Of a DNA stretch of 64,000 nt, positions 12,256-23,837 are shown one piece after another (position 1 is the stretch's first letter; every line of letters starts with the position of its first letter). The DNA comes from Squalus acanthias. Lineage: Eukaryota. The stretch spans positions 70,744,001-70,808,000 of the forward strand of contig CM059432.1 in NCBI GenBank assembly GCA_030390025.1, given 5' to 3'. The position numbers and the translations under genes are program-made. Below the pieces are notes generated by a model. It was not told the DNA's origin. It saw nothing but the letters and a program-made list of their open reading frames with translations, and made no database searches.

Positions 12256-12262
12256 TTTTATA
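12256..12262 (-). promoter_or_regulatory. Candidate TATA box for MOS
   Basis: TATAAAA on the minus strand 54 nt upstream of the MPSP ATG. Motif match only. Confidence 0.3.
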
Positions 12263-12694
12263 TTGCTGACATTAATTGATGTGTAAATGAGTTCCATCTG
12301 CAGATTGTTAGCAAAGTCCGGCGCTCGCTGGACAAATCCAGGGCATTGGAGAAGACCAAGGGATTCAAATATTTCAATGACACATTTCATTTCGAACCAG
12401 TCCACTCGGGTCATTCTCTTAGTTCAAAGGAAACGTGTTACCAATTAGCAAAACAACTTGGTGCTCTTTTGGTTAAAACATCGAATGACCGTAAAGGTCT
12501 TCAAAACTAACTGTAAATACATTGTTCAATTTTAAATTAAAAAAAAAGACAATTTGCTCTTTTTTTATTAATTATTAAATATGTAGATTACTTGTTAATT
12601 GGAATAGTTAAATACCATCCATAAACAGTAACTCCTAAAGAGTATGGGTAATTCAAATTATACTTCATGCCTAGATTTTTCTCCCAACACTGTT

Positions 12695-12906
12695 TGGCCC
12701 GACTGCCTGCCTCTTCTCCGCAGCCACGTTCGCGCCCGGGTGGCCCTGGCGATGGAGCACGCGGTGTCCGCCAGCACGCTCAAGGCCTTCCTGGATTGGA
12801 GTGCTTCATCATGCCCGGGAATAGAATTTTAATTTAACTTGTTACATTTCCTTTAATGATTTTTGTTAAGTTACAGTTTATTTGTTTATTTTTTCACCAA
12901 AAGAGT
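12695..12906 (+). mobile_element. L1-Tx1 3' fragment
   Basis: PDCLPLLRSHVRARVALAMEHAVSA; TSD ACACTGTT at 12687-12694 and 12907-12914; ends in CCAAAAGAG. Confidence 0.75.
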
Positions 12907-13288
12907 ACACTGTTCGATTTTTTTGGGTGGTATTTGGCGGGTGATTTATGACACCAGGTTTCTGCCTACTTTAGTACCCATCCAATTTTTTTTACTGCCT
13001 TTTCTAGCAGACAGATGAAGAGTCACCCCCCCACACACACACACACGTAAAATGGTTGAGTGTATTTAAAACTTTGTGGAATCGTATTACTCCACCAGTT
13101 TACAACTTTTTTTTTTGTTTTTTACTTCCTGACAACTACTTTACCATCTGCCTTTCTGCCATTTGCTGTGGGGCTCCTTTCCCCTCCAGACAGGACACAA
13201 TATGGGTTTCTCATTGGGGATTCCCCCACCTTAATTTCATGTGAGAAAATGAGGAGGAGGAAGAGAGAGAGGCCAGAATGTTGAGGCT

Positions 13289-14011
13289 GGATTGGATGTT
13301 GGTGTTGAGAGAGATTTAGGTGTCCTTGTACAGGAAACAGAGTTAGCATGCAGGTATAGCAAGCAATTAGGAAGGCAAATGGCATGTTGGTCTTTATTGT
13401 AAGGGGGTTGGAGTACAAGAGTAAGGAAGTCTTGCTACAATTGTGCAGGGCCTTGGTGAGACCACACCTGGAGTACTGTGCACAGTTTTAGTCTCCTTAT
13501 CTGAGAAAGGACATACAGGCCTTGGAGACGGTGCAACGAAATTTCAGTGGATTGATCCCTGGGATAAGAGGGTTGTCCTATGATGAGAGATTGAGTAGAT
13601 TGGGCCTATACTCTCTGACGTTTAGAAGAATGAGAGGCGATCTCATTGAAACATACAAGATTCTGAAGGGGATTGACTGGGTCGATGCTGAAAGGTTGTT
13701 TCCCCTGGCTGCAAAGTCTAGAACTAGGGGGCATAGTCTCAGGATAAGGGGCGGCCATGTAAGACTGAGATGAGGAGGAATTTCTTCACTCAGGGTTGTG
13801 AATCTTTGGAATTCTCTACCCCAAATGCTGAATCATTGAGTATATTCAAGGCTGAGATAGTTAGATTTTTGGACTCTAGGGGAATCAAGGTATATGGAGA
13901 TTGGGCGGGAAAGTGGAGTTGAGGTCGAAGATCAGCCATGATCTTATTGAATGGCGGAGCAGGCTAGAGGGCCTGTATGGCCTACCCCTGCTCCTAATTC
14001 TTATGTTCTTA
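13289..14011 (+). mobile_element. CR1 LINE 3' fragment
   Basis: RLGLYSL...RRMRGDLIETYKILKG...RTRGHSLRI and CR1 tail ending TCTTATGTTCTT. Confidence 0.9.
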
Positions 14012-14871
14012 CAATGCGGCACTGTTGCAACAGCTTAAAATGGCCAAGGCAGTCATTTTTTATCTGTAACAATTTTGTTCACTAATGTCTGAAACTAGTG
14101 CATATTCAGTGTACCCACTCACAAATTTAAAGATTCCTCAGCTGAAGTGAAACTGTCTGTCATCTAACAAAGGAGAACCTAGCTTCTTGCCCCGAGGCAT
14201 GGAGGCCCACAGAGGTCATGATATAGCACCATGGACGAGGTGGCCTTCAAACTTCAAGAACTCGTGCATGGCTGCTAAATGCCAAAAGCAGGTCACTAAC
14301 TGTTCCAGGGGAGCCATGTAATAGGAGGCAGTCATATCTTGCAACAGTGTGTTGTAATCATCATAGGGGAGAAATTGGCTAACCCCCAAAAATGGGCACA
14401 GGGATTGTGGTATGCAATTAATCCATGCCTGTTCATTGCATTGCAGGCAGTATGGTAACTACGTGCTATCTGCTGTGTACAACCAGTGCTCCTGTGCTGT
14501 TGATTGGCTGTACACCTTAGCAAGGGGCCCAATATAGCGAGTGACTAGCGCTACTTAACGGCAGCCTGCACCTCATAAAGGAGGTGAATTGTGGCTGCAA
14601 GAAGTGGTGGGAGTCGTTTAAAAACTGAATCTATGCTCTGATACTTTGTGCAATGACTGAACATGTGAGCGAGTGTGCACCAAGGTTTTCAGACACTACA
14701 CTGGAGGTCTTGGTGGAAGAGGTGGAAAGAAGGAGAGATGTCCTGTATCCGCAGGGGGGCAGGAGGCCCTCCAGACAGATGTTCAGGAGGTAGTAGGAAC
14801 AAATAGCAGGGGAGGTCAATGCCAGGAGTGTTGCTCCAAGAACATGGATGTAGTGCAGGAAGAACTATAAT

Positions 14872-17800
14872 GAGCAGCAGCGGCGAGAGGATAAAGAGCA
14901 GCCCGGGAGCGGACCTGAATAAAAGCAGCGGCGAGAGGACAAAGAACGGCCCGAGAGCGGACCTGAATTAAAGCAGCGGCAGCGCGAGGCTCCGATTCAA
15001 AAACAACAATGAGTAACGTCACAGGAGAGCAGGTAGGTGATTGGTTGGTGAGTATTACAGCTCTTTTTTGCTCTCTAAGTTAGGGAAGGGGGTTAAATTA
15101 AGAGCTGAGAAACTGTAACTTGCTAGTACTTATTAAATTAATAACTTAAACTAAATAAAATAATGAAAGAATAAACCTAAAATATCGATACAATAAACCT
15201 AAAATATCGATTGAATAAAATCTTTAGCAAATTAATTAATAAATAAAACAAGGTTAGAGATGGCAGGGCAGGTGGTGTCATAACTGCAGCATGTGGGAGT
15301 CTGTGGAGAGCATCACGATCCCGAGCAACCACATCTGCAGTAAGTGTCTGCAACTCGAGGAACTTCAGCTCAGAATTGTTGAGCTGGAGTACGAGCTGCA
15401 GACATTGCGATGCATCAGGGAGGGGGAGAGTTACCTGGACACTTTGTTCCAGGAGGCAGTCACACCCTTTAGGTTAAGTAGTACTTTAGAGTTCGTCAGT
15501 GGTTAGGGACAGGAGGGTGTGACTGCGAGTCAGGACGGTATGGGGATACAGGATGTCGTGATGGAGGAGCCTCAGCCCTGGACCTTGTCCAACAGGTATA
15601 ATGTACTTTCTACCTGTATGGATGAGGAAAAGGACTGCAGGGAGGATGGGCAAACTGATCACGGCACTGTGGTACAGGGGGCCATCCAAGTGGGGGGAAG
15701 AAGGAAGGAATGTGGTAGTAGTAGGGGACAGTATAGTCAGGGGGATAGATACTGTTCTCTGCAGCTGCAAAAGAGTCCCGAAGGCTGTGTTGCCTGCCCG
15801 GTGCCAGGGTTAAGGATATCTCCTCGCGGCTGGAGAAGAACTTCGAGTGGGAGTGGGAGGATTCAGTTGTTGTGGTCTATGTAGGAACCAACGACATAGG
15901 TAGAACTAAGAATGAGGTTCTGCTGAGGGAGTTTGAGGAGCTCGGGTCTAAATTAATAAGCCGACCCACAAGGGTAATAATCTCTGGATTACTACCTGAG
16001 CCATGTGCAAATTGGCATAGGGTCAAGCAGATCAGAGTTAAATGCATGGCTCAAAGAGTGGTGTGGGAAAATGGGCTTTCAATTCATGGGGCACTGGCAC
16101 CAGTACTGGGGAAAGAGGGAGCTGTTCCATTGGGACGGGCTCCACTTAAACCGGGCTGGGACCAGCGTCCTGGCAAATCGAATAACTAGGGCTGTAGATA
16201 GGGCTTTAAACTAAAAAAGGGGGGGAGAGGTCAGGTGAGGGGAAATTTAGAAATCTAAAGAGCAAGCTCAAGGCAATAGAGCAGTGTAGCAATTTGGGTA
16301 AAAATAAGCAGAGTGTGACAGGAAGGGACAGAAAGTTTAATGGTAGCAGTGCAGCAGAGAAGAAGGTCAAAGCAGGGAATAATGGTAAAAAAATTAAATT
16401 AAAGGCTCTTTATCTGAATGCATGAAGCATTTGTAACAAGATAGACGAACTAGTGGCAGAAATAGAGATAAATGGGTTTGATCTAATAGCCATTACAGAG
16501 ACATGGTTGCAAGGTGGTCAAGGTTGGGAACTAAATGTACCAAGGTACTTGACGTTTCGAAAAGACAGGCAGATTGGAAAAGGTGGGGGAGTAGCCCTGA
16601 TAATAAAGGATGACATAACGACAATAGCAAGAAAGGATCTCGGCTCAGAAGATCAGGAAGTAGAATCAGTATGGGTGGAGATAAGGAATAACAAGGGGCA
16701 GAAAACACTGTTAGGCGTAGTATATAGCCCCCCTAACAGTAGCTATACCATTGGACAGAATATTAATCAAGAAATAGTAGGAGCTTGCAACAAAGGTAAT
16801 GCAATAATCTTGGGGGACTTTAATCTTCATATAGACTGGACAAATCAAATTGGCAAAGGTAGTCTGGAGGACGAGTTCATGGAATGCATTCGGGACAGTT
16901 TCCTAGAACAATACGTCATGGAACCAACCAGGTAACAGGCTATTTTAGATCTTGTATTGTGTAATGAGACAAGGTTAATTAGCAATGTCATAGTAAAGGA
17001 TCTTCTGGGGCAGAGTGATCATAATATGATAGAATTTCACATTAATTTTGAGAGTGACTTGCCTAAGTCTGAAACTAGAGTCTTAAACTTAAATAAAGCC
17101 AATTACATAGGTATGAGGGGCAAGTTGGCTAAGGTAGATGGGAAAAATAGATTAAAAGGCATGGCGGTAGATAAGCAGTGGCTAGCATTTAAAGAAATAT
17201 TTCATAATTCTCAACAAAAATACATTCCATTGAGAAACAAAAACTCTATGGGAAAAGTCATCCAACCGTGGCTAACTAAAGAAGTTAAGGATAGCATTAG
17301 ATTGAAAGAAGAAGCTTATAATGTAGCAAATAATAATAATAAGCCTGAGGATTGGGAGAGTTTCAGAAACCAGCAAAGGTTGACCAAAAAATTGATAAAA
17401 AGGGAAAAAATAGAATGAGAGAAAACTAGCAAGAAATATAAAAGCAGATTGTAAGAGTTTCTACAAGTATGTAAAAAGGAAAAGAATAGCTCAAGTAAAT
17501 GTTGGTCCCTTAGAGGCTGAGACAGGAGAAATTATTATGGGGAATAAGGAAATGGCAAAAATGTTAAACAAATATTTTGTATCTGTCTTCACAGTAGAAG
17601 ACACAAAAAGCGTACCAAATATGATGGGGAACCAAGGATCTCATGAGGGTGAGGAACTTAATGTAATTAATATAAGTAGAGAAAAAGTACTAGAGAAACT
17701 AATGGGACTAAAAGCTGACAAATCCCCTGGAACCGACGGCCTACATCCTAGGGTTCTAAAGGAGGTGGCTGAAGAGATGGTGGATGCATTGGTTTTGATC

Positions 17801-19676
17801 TTCTAAAATTCCGTAGATTCTGGAATGGTCCCAATGGATTGGAAGGTCGCAAATGTAACACCGCTATTCAAGAAAGGAGGGAGAGAAAAAACAGGGAACT
17901 ACAGGCCAGTTAGCCTGACATCAGTCATCTGGAAAATGCTGGAATCCATTGTTAAGGAAGTGGTATCAAGTCACTTAGAAAATCATAACCTGATTAGGCA
18001 GAGTCAACATGGTTTTATGAAAGGGAAATTGTGTTTAACAAATTTTAGTTTTTTGAGGATGTAACTAGCAGGGTAGATAAAGGGGAACCAGTGGATGTAG
18101 TATATTTGGATTTCCAAAAGGCATTCGATACGGTGCCACATAAAAGGTTATTACACAAGATTAGGGCTCATGGGGTTGGGGGTAATATAGTAGCATGGAC
18201 AGAAAACAGAGTAGGGATAAATGGATCTTTTTCAGGTTGGCAGGCTGTAACTAGTGGGGTGCTGCAAGGATCAGTGTTGGGGCCTCAAATATTTACAATC
18301 TATATTAATGACCTAGATGAAGGGACAGAGTGTAATGTATCTAAGTTTGCTTATGATACAAATCTATGTGGGACAGTAAGCTGTGAGGAGAACACAAAGG
18401 GGGGAATTTTCCCAGCCCTGGGGAGGTGGGTATGGAGGCAGGACTGCCGGGAAAATGGCAGAAACTGGGAGTGGATACCGACCCCGCTCCCAACCCACCG
18501 TTGTGCCATCTTCCTGGGAGGCGGGTCCCTGAGTCGCGCAGGGACCCGTCTCCTCGAGGCGGGAAGGGGATTAGAGCCAATTAACTGTCTGTTAACAGGT
18601 AGTTAACAGGCAGTTTTGAGGCTTTTCCCCATTTTACGCCTGCAATTGCGGGTTTCCTGATGGCTGCGTACCTCACCAGGGTCAGCGAGGCAAGCAGTGG
18701 GTCTATGGGGGTGAGAGGGGTTGAAATGTCAGCTGTAGAGGTGAGTGATGGGTGCAAGTGTGGACAGCTAAGTATGAGAGGTGAGTGTAAAGTGTTAGAA
18801 AAAGTTTCCTTACCTTTGCTTCTTTCTGCAGGCTTCAACCTTTGAGGATCCGGAGATGCCTCATCTCAACGGCAGAGATGACAGAATGGCTGCTGCATTC
18901 TCAGATGCAATTAACAAGGCCAATCAAGGGAAAATAGCATGGGTTGGTCAGACGTCGCTGGGGGCGGGACTGAAACCCAGAAACCAGAAGTCCCGCCTCC
19001 AGCACGTCTCCATTGAGAAAATCCCGCCCAAAGAGTCTGCAAAGGGATATAGATAGACTAAGTGAGTGGGCAGTAAGGTGGCAGATGGAGTATAATGTAA
19101 AGAAATGTGAAGTTATTCACTTTGGTAGGAAGAATAGAAAAACAGAATATATTTTAAATGGTGAGAAACTTTCAAATGTTGGTGTTGAGAGAGATTTGGG
19201 GATCCTCGTGTAAGAAACACAGAAAGCTGGCATGCAGGTACAGCAAACAATGAGGAAGGCAAATGGCATGTTGGCCGTTATTGCAAGGGGGATGGAGTAT
19301 AAGAGTAAGGAAGTCTTGCTACAATTGTACAGGGCCTTGGTGAGACCACACCTGGAGTACTGTGCACAGTTTTAGTCTCCTTATCTAAGGAAGGATATAC
19401 TTGCCTTCGAGGCGATGCAACGAAGGTTCACGAGATTGATTCCTGGGATGAGAGGGCTGTCCTATGATGAGAGATTGTGTAGAATGGGCCTATACTCTCT
19501 GGAGTTTAGAAGAATGAGAGGTGATCTCATTGAAACATACAAGATTCTGAAGGGGATTGGCAGGGTTGATGCTGAGAGGTTGTTTCCCCTGGCTGGAGTG
19601 TCTAGAACTAGGGGGCACAGTGGTGGAGCAGGCTCGAGGGACCATATGGCCTACTCCTGCTCGTATTTATGTTCTT
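14872..19676 (+). mobile_element. Near full-length, inactivated CR1 LINE (ORF1 Zn/leucine zipper plus SGNH esterase ~15260-16214; ORF2 APE-RT ~16400-19620)
   Basis: 5' tandem ~48-bp repeat. ORF1 motifs CSKCLQLEELQLRIVELE, VVGDSIVRG, VGTNDIG, WDGLHLN. ORF2 motifs IAITETWL, ILGDFN, SDHN, NYRPVSLTS, YLDFQKAFD, QGSVLGP. CR1 tail. Multiple stops and frameshifts. Confidence 0.93.
18399..19029. mobile_element. Harbinger-type MITE nested in the CR1 RT
   Basis: TIRs GGGGGGAATTTTCCCA / GGGCGGGATTTTCTCA; 3-bp TSD AAA at 18396-18398 and 19030-19032; CR1 frame continues across it (EENTK|SLQRDIDRL). Second copy at 47623-48747. Confidence 0.85.
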
Positions 19677-19734
19677 ATGATCTCACATGAGTTGCCAAGG
19701 TCAGTGAGTTCATCTTCAAATGGCACATCCTACC

Positions 19735-20628
19735 AGCTGCTCCACTAGCCGATGTTGTGCTCTATAATGTTCCTTGTGGCAGCATGACTCTCATTGTAGG
19801 CCTGCTGTACACATGTGCATGGGTTCCAGACTGGATCATAAACCATGTCATCAGTAAATAACCCTTGTCTCCCAGTAGCCAGCCTTTGACTTGCCGTGGT
19901 GGGTCAAATACAGCTGGCACAGAGGATTGCCACAGAATGAGCAAATTGTGACTACTGCCAGGAAAACTGGCATTCACCTGCATAATGCACTGCCTGTGGT
20001 CACACACCAGCTGCACATTGAGAGAGTGGAATCTCTTTCGGTTCATGAAAATGACCGCGTTGAAATGAGGCACACACAAGGCAATGTGTGTGCAGTCAGT
20101 GGCACCCTGCACCATGGGGAAGCCTATAATCCGTGCAAACCCTTGTGCTAGCTCTGCCTGCTTGTCTCTGGCAAGAGGGAATGTGATGAAGCTATCTCTC
20201 TTTGTATAGACAGCCTCAGTGACCTTCCTTATGCAGCAGTTTACTGCAAACTGTGAGATGTTGCTTATATCTCTAGTAGCAGCCTGGAAGGAGCCTGGTG
20301 CATAAAAGTTCAGAGCCACCGGCACCTTGACAACCACAGGCAATGCAGTCCTTGCCCTGCTTTGAGGTTGCAGTTGTGGCTGCAGCAGTTGGCAGATTTC
20401 AGTCACAACCTCTTTAGTGAAGCGAGGACGTCTCAAGCATTGGTCCTTACTGAAGTTCAGGTAAAAGAATTGCTCCCTAAAGACCCTTGGTGGAAATGAC
20501 CTCCTGCTGAGAGCCCTTCTCCCCCTCCTCCTCCTCCCTCTTCTAGCAGCTTGTCCTGCTCTGCGTGGCTTCTGTTCATTCTCCCAGTCATGCTCAATGC
20601 CAAGAGGAAGGCCTACCAGGCCACCCAT
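19735..20628 (-). pseudogene. Harbinger (HARBI1-like) DDE transposase, frameshifted and truncated
   Basis: GFPMVQGATDCTHIA, FHSLNVQLVCDH, FPGSSHN, GWLLGDKGY; frameshift near 19835, then AYNESHAATRNIIE in another frame. Confidence 0.9.
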
Positions 20629-21499
20629 GTCTGGAAGCAACTTTTTTCAGCACAAGCCTTTAAATCAATGGAAAAATACTTCAGCACCAGCCAGACCACT
20701 CCTGTAGACTATTGAAACTTTAGGCAACTATAGAAAAGCTCCAAAAATGCATGCAATTGCACCAGCAGCCAGAAGAAATAATCCAGCAACTAACCTGTAA
20801 GTAGTTCATGATCCCTTTAAGTAGCGCTGGTGGGGGGTTCTTCATGCCATTTAACATCTTGTTCAGCTGTGCGAGGTTAAGGCACGGCGTAGACTGGAGC
20901 GTGGTGTTTCAAAATGGCAGCGGTGGTGTGAAATCAGCGTTGCGCACAGATTGACGTCATGATCTGCCTGCTCTGCATGCTGCTGGTGTTCATTAGGTGC
21001 ACGCACCTCGGACGGCATTTTCAAGCGTTAGGAGGCTGCATTGTGTCTAAAAATGGGCGCTACAGAGCCCAATTTCTCCCCCATAGTTTCCAGTTGCAGC
21101 CACCTTGCTTTCACTGCAAACACTGTTAGCAACTAACCACCTATGTGCAAGAGGTATCATATTACCATTCACATTCCCTTTCTTCTCCCTCAGTTGTTCC
21201 TTTACACACAGCTGAACATGTAGGGGAAGCAGTGAAGGACTCACATGATATGTAGTTCCTTGCCAGTATCTGTTCATACCTGTATTAAGAATGCCTTCTA
21301 AACCTAACTGCATTCCATATGATGGTATGCGGAGTGCCTTTGCACTCTTCGCTTTCTTATTAAAGAGAAAATGACAACAAAGACAAGGGAATATCATGTC
21401 AATCCCCCAGGGGTCCTGCTGCAAAACACCAGCTAGCCACTCAGAATCTCAAGCCACCATAGAAGAAGTAGGAGGCTAGGATTGAAAAGCCACATAACT

Positions 21500-23181
21500 G
21501 CTCTGTCCTGGCTGGTGCTGAGCTCCTTGAGTGTTGTTCTGGCTGCACTTCTCCAGCTGAGTGATGAGTATTCCATCACATTCCTGACTTGAGCCTTCTA
21601 TTTTGTCGAGACATTTTGAGGTGGCAGGAAGGCGAGCCATTCATCGCAGAGTACCCAGCCTCTGCAAGGGGAGGGACAGTAGCCTTAAAACACTAGGTCA
21701 ATGAGCCATTTTTGTCACTGACAAAATTTGTGTTTGTTTGTTTATGGGATAGTGGCAATCCATTGCCCAGCCCTGAGACGGTGGTGAGACTTCCCCTTGA
21801 ACCACTGCAGTCCTCGTGGTGATAATGTTCCCACAATGCTGTTAGGTAGGGAATTTCAGGATATTGACCCAGTGACAATGAAGGAACGGTAGTATATTTT
21901 GAAGTCAGGATGGTGTGTAACTTGGAAGTGACCTTCTAGATTATTGTGTTTTCACAACATTGCTGCACTTCTTATTCAGTGGTAGCGGTCATAGGGCAGA
22001 GAGGTGCTGTTAAAGTATTCTTGATGAGTTACTGCAGTGCATCCTGTAGATCATTGTGCAGCCACAATGCACTGGTGATGGAGGGGTGGATATTGAGTCC
22101 AATACAGGGGCAAAAATCAGTGAACTGCTCTGTCTTGGCTGGTGCTGGGCTCCTTGAGCGTTGTTCCGGCTACATCATCCAGGTGAGTATCCCATCACAT
22201 TCCTGACTTGTAGATGGTCGAGACGTTTTGAGGTGGTAGGGAGGCGAGCCATTCATCGCAAAGTACCCAGCCTCTGCCAAGCTCTTGTAGCCATGATGCT
22301 GATATGGCTGGTGTAGTTAAGCTTCTGGTCAATAGTGACCCCCAAGACATTGATGGTGGGGAAGTGGCTGAAGTTCCTCTTATTGGAGATAACATTACCT
22401 GGCATTATGTGGCACAAATGTTACCTGCCATTTGTGAGCTCAAGCCTGGATGTTGCTCAAGTCCTGCTGCAGGCTGGCATGGGCTGCTTATTTATCGGAG
22501 TAGTTATGAATGAAGCTGTGTTAGAAACTAAAGATTCCTAAAAATGTGTATAGTTATGCGACTAAAACTGTGACGTGAAAAATGCTGTGTTTAAATGGTT
22601 ATGTTCGAATTACAGACGGAAAGTCTCCTCGGACCAGATAGATGCTTAGAAGTGCTAATGTTTTGGTTTCCTACGGAGGGTATATAAACTCCCTGTTGCT
22701 AAGTGATTACCTGTTGTTTTTAAGTTAAGACTTGAACATTGTCTATGTATTTTATGTATAATGCTAAGGTAGGATTTGAAGTTGGCTTAACAGAACTGCT
22801 TGCGAAGATAACGGAAGGAAGTTTGGGGAAGTTAATGTAAACATTTGCTATGTCATAAAGGAGGTAACACTCTGAAGCGAACAGGTTTCTGGTTGGGCCT
22901 CATGAGATCAAAGAAGGATACGGACGAAAGAGATAAGACATGAATTCCACAGGAAGGAAACCCTGGGAAAATATAAACCAAGAAAGACATGTGGCCAAAA
23001 TCGTAAGACATCTTTAGGGTGGGCTTTGACAAAAGAATCGAGAAAAAGATCTGGAAGTCCCATTGGATATTAAGGTTTTTGGGGAACTTCTATAGGTCAA
23101 AAGGTCTTGTCAATACCCTGGTTCAGGCCCACCCCTAAAAGTAGAATAAAAGTGACCTCCCGAAAGCTTATACTCATAGAC

Positions 23182-23220
<39 letters not shown>

Positions 23221-23836
23221 TACTCGCAGACGGAAAAGAAAGAAGAGAGAGAGAGAGAGCTTGTACTCAGACGGAAGAGAGAGAGAGGAGGCTCTAGATG
23301 AAAGGAAGAAGAGAATTGATCATGTGTGTCAACCGTCTGTCCGATCGGATCGGTATCAGCTTCTTGTCACGGCCATATGTTTTTGCTGTATAACTAGTGT
23401 TATATTCCATCTTAAACTCTGATTAAACACAATATACCCACCATATTGGTTTGCACTCGAACCTGATTATTTAAAGTGACCAGAGATAGCCGTAACTTGG
23501 CTATTTCTAACAGCTGAATAATGTGGAACAATAAGTGATCAGCCCCACTTCTGACTTTAAAATGATGGAATGTAATTGATGAAGTAGCTGAACATAATTG
23601 AGTGGAGGACACTTCCCCGAGAAACTCCTGCATTGAAGCCATGTGGCTGTGATGTTTGGCTTCCAACAACCAGAACCATCTTCCTGTGTGTCAGGTATGA
23701 TTCCTTTGACTCCCATGGAGCTCAGTTTTGCAAGGGCTCTGTTAATTCCTGCATCCATGTCTAGATCAAGGCTGTGTTGAGGTCTGGAGCCAAATAGTTC
23801 TCGCAGAACCTGAACTCCGCATTGGCGAGCAGGTTA
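21500..23836 (-). mobile_element. Older fragments of the same CR1/L2-group LINE family as 23838-27540, interrupted by a solo LTR
   Basis: Diverged similarity to 23880-25110 (e.g. AGTATTCCATCACATTCCTGACTTG, GTCAGGATGGTGTGTAACTTGG). Confidence 0.65.
22519..23512 (+). mobile_element. Solo LTR (994 bp)
   Basis: Inverted termini TGTTAGAAA...TTTCTAACA, TSD GCTG at 22515-22518 and 23513-23516, internal (GA)n near 23185-23216. 3' ~170 bp similar to 4098-5061. Confidence 0.88.
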
Positions 23837-23837
23837 C

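Larger units (their letters stand above)
14653..19699 (+). pseudogene. Harbinger Myb/SANT exon (14653-14871 plus ~19677-19699) split by the CR1 insertion
   Basis: MTEHVSECAPRFSDTTLEVLVEEVERRRDVLYP...EVNARSVAPRTWM*CRKNYND with stop codons; resumes as DLT*VAK before a GTCAGT donor after the CR1 tail. Confidence 0.75.
14366..21081. mobile_element. Decayed two-gene PIF/Harbinger transposon (Myb/SANT gene on +, DDE transposase on -) carrying a nested CR1
   Basis: Perfect 13-bp TIR GGGGAGAAATTGG at both ends, flanked by (C)ATA on both sides. Convergent Myb-like and transposase remnants inside. Confidence 0.88.

Noticed and set aside
14872..14985. Direct repeats of ~48 bp resembling an array
   Set aside because: About two tandem units without unique spacers at the CR1 5' end; not CRISPR.
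19762..20640. Domesticated HARBI1 host gene
   Set aside because: It lies within TIRs beside a Myb partner and is frameshifted and truncated, so it is a transposon remnant.
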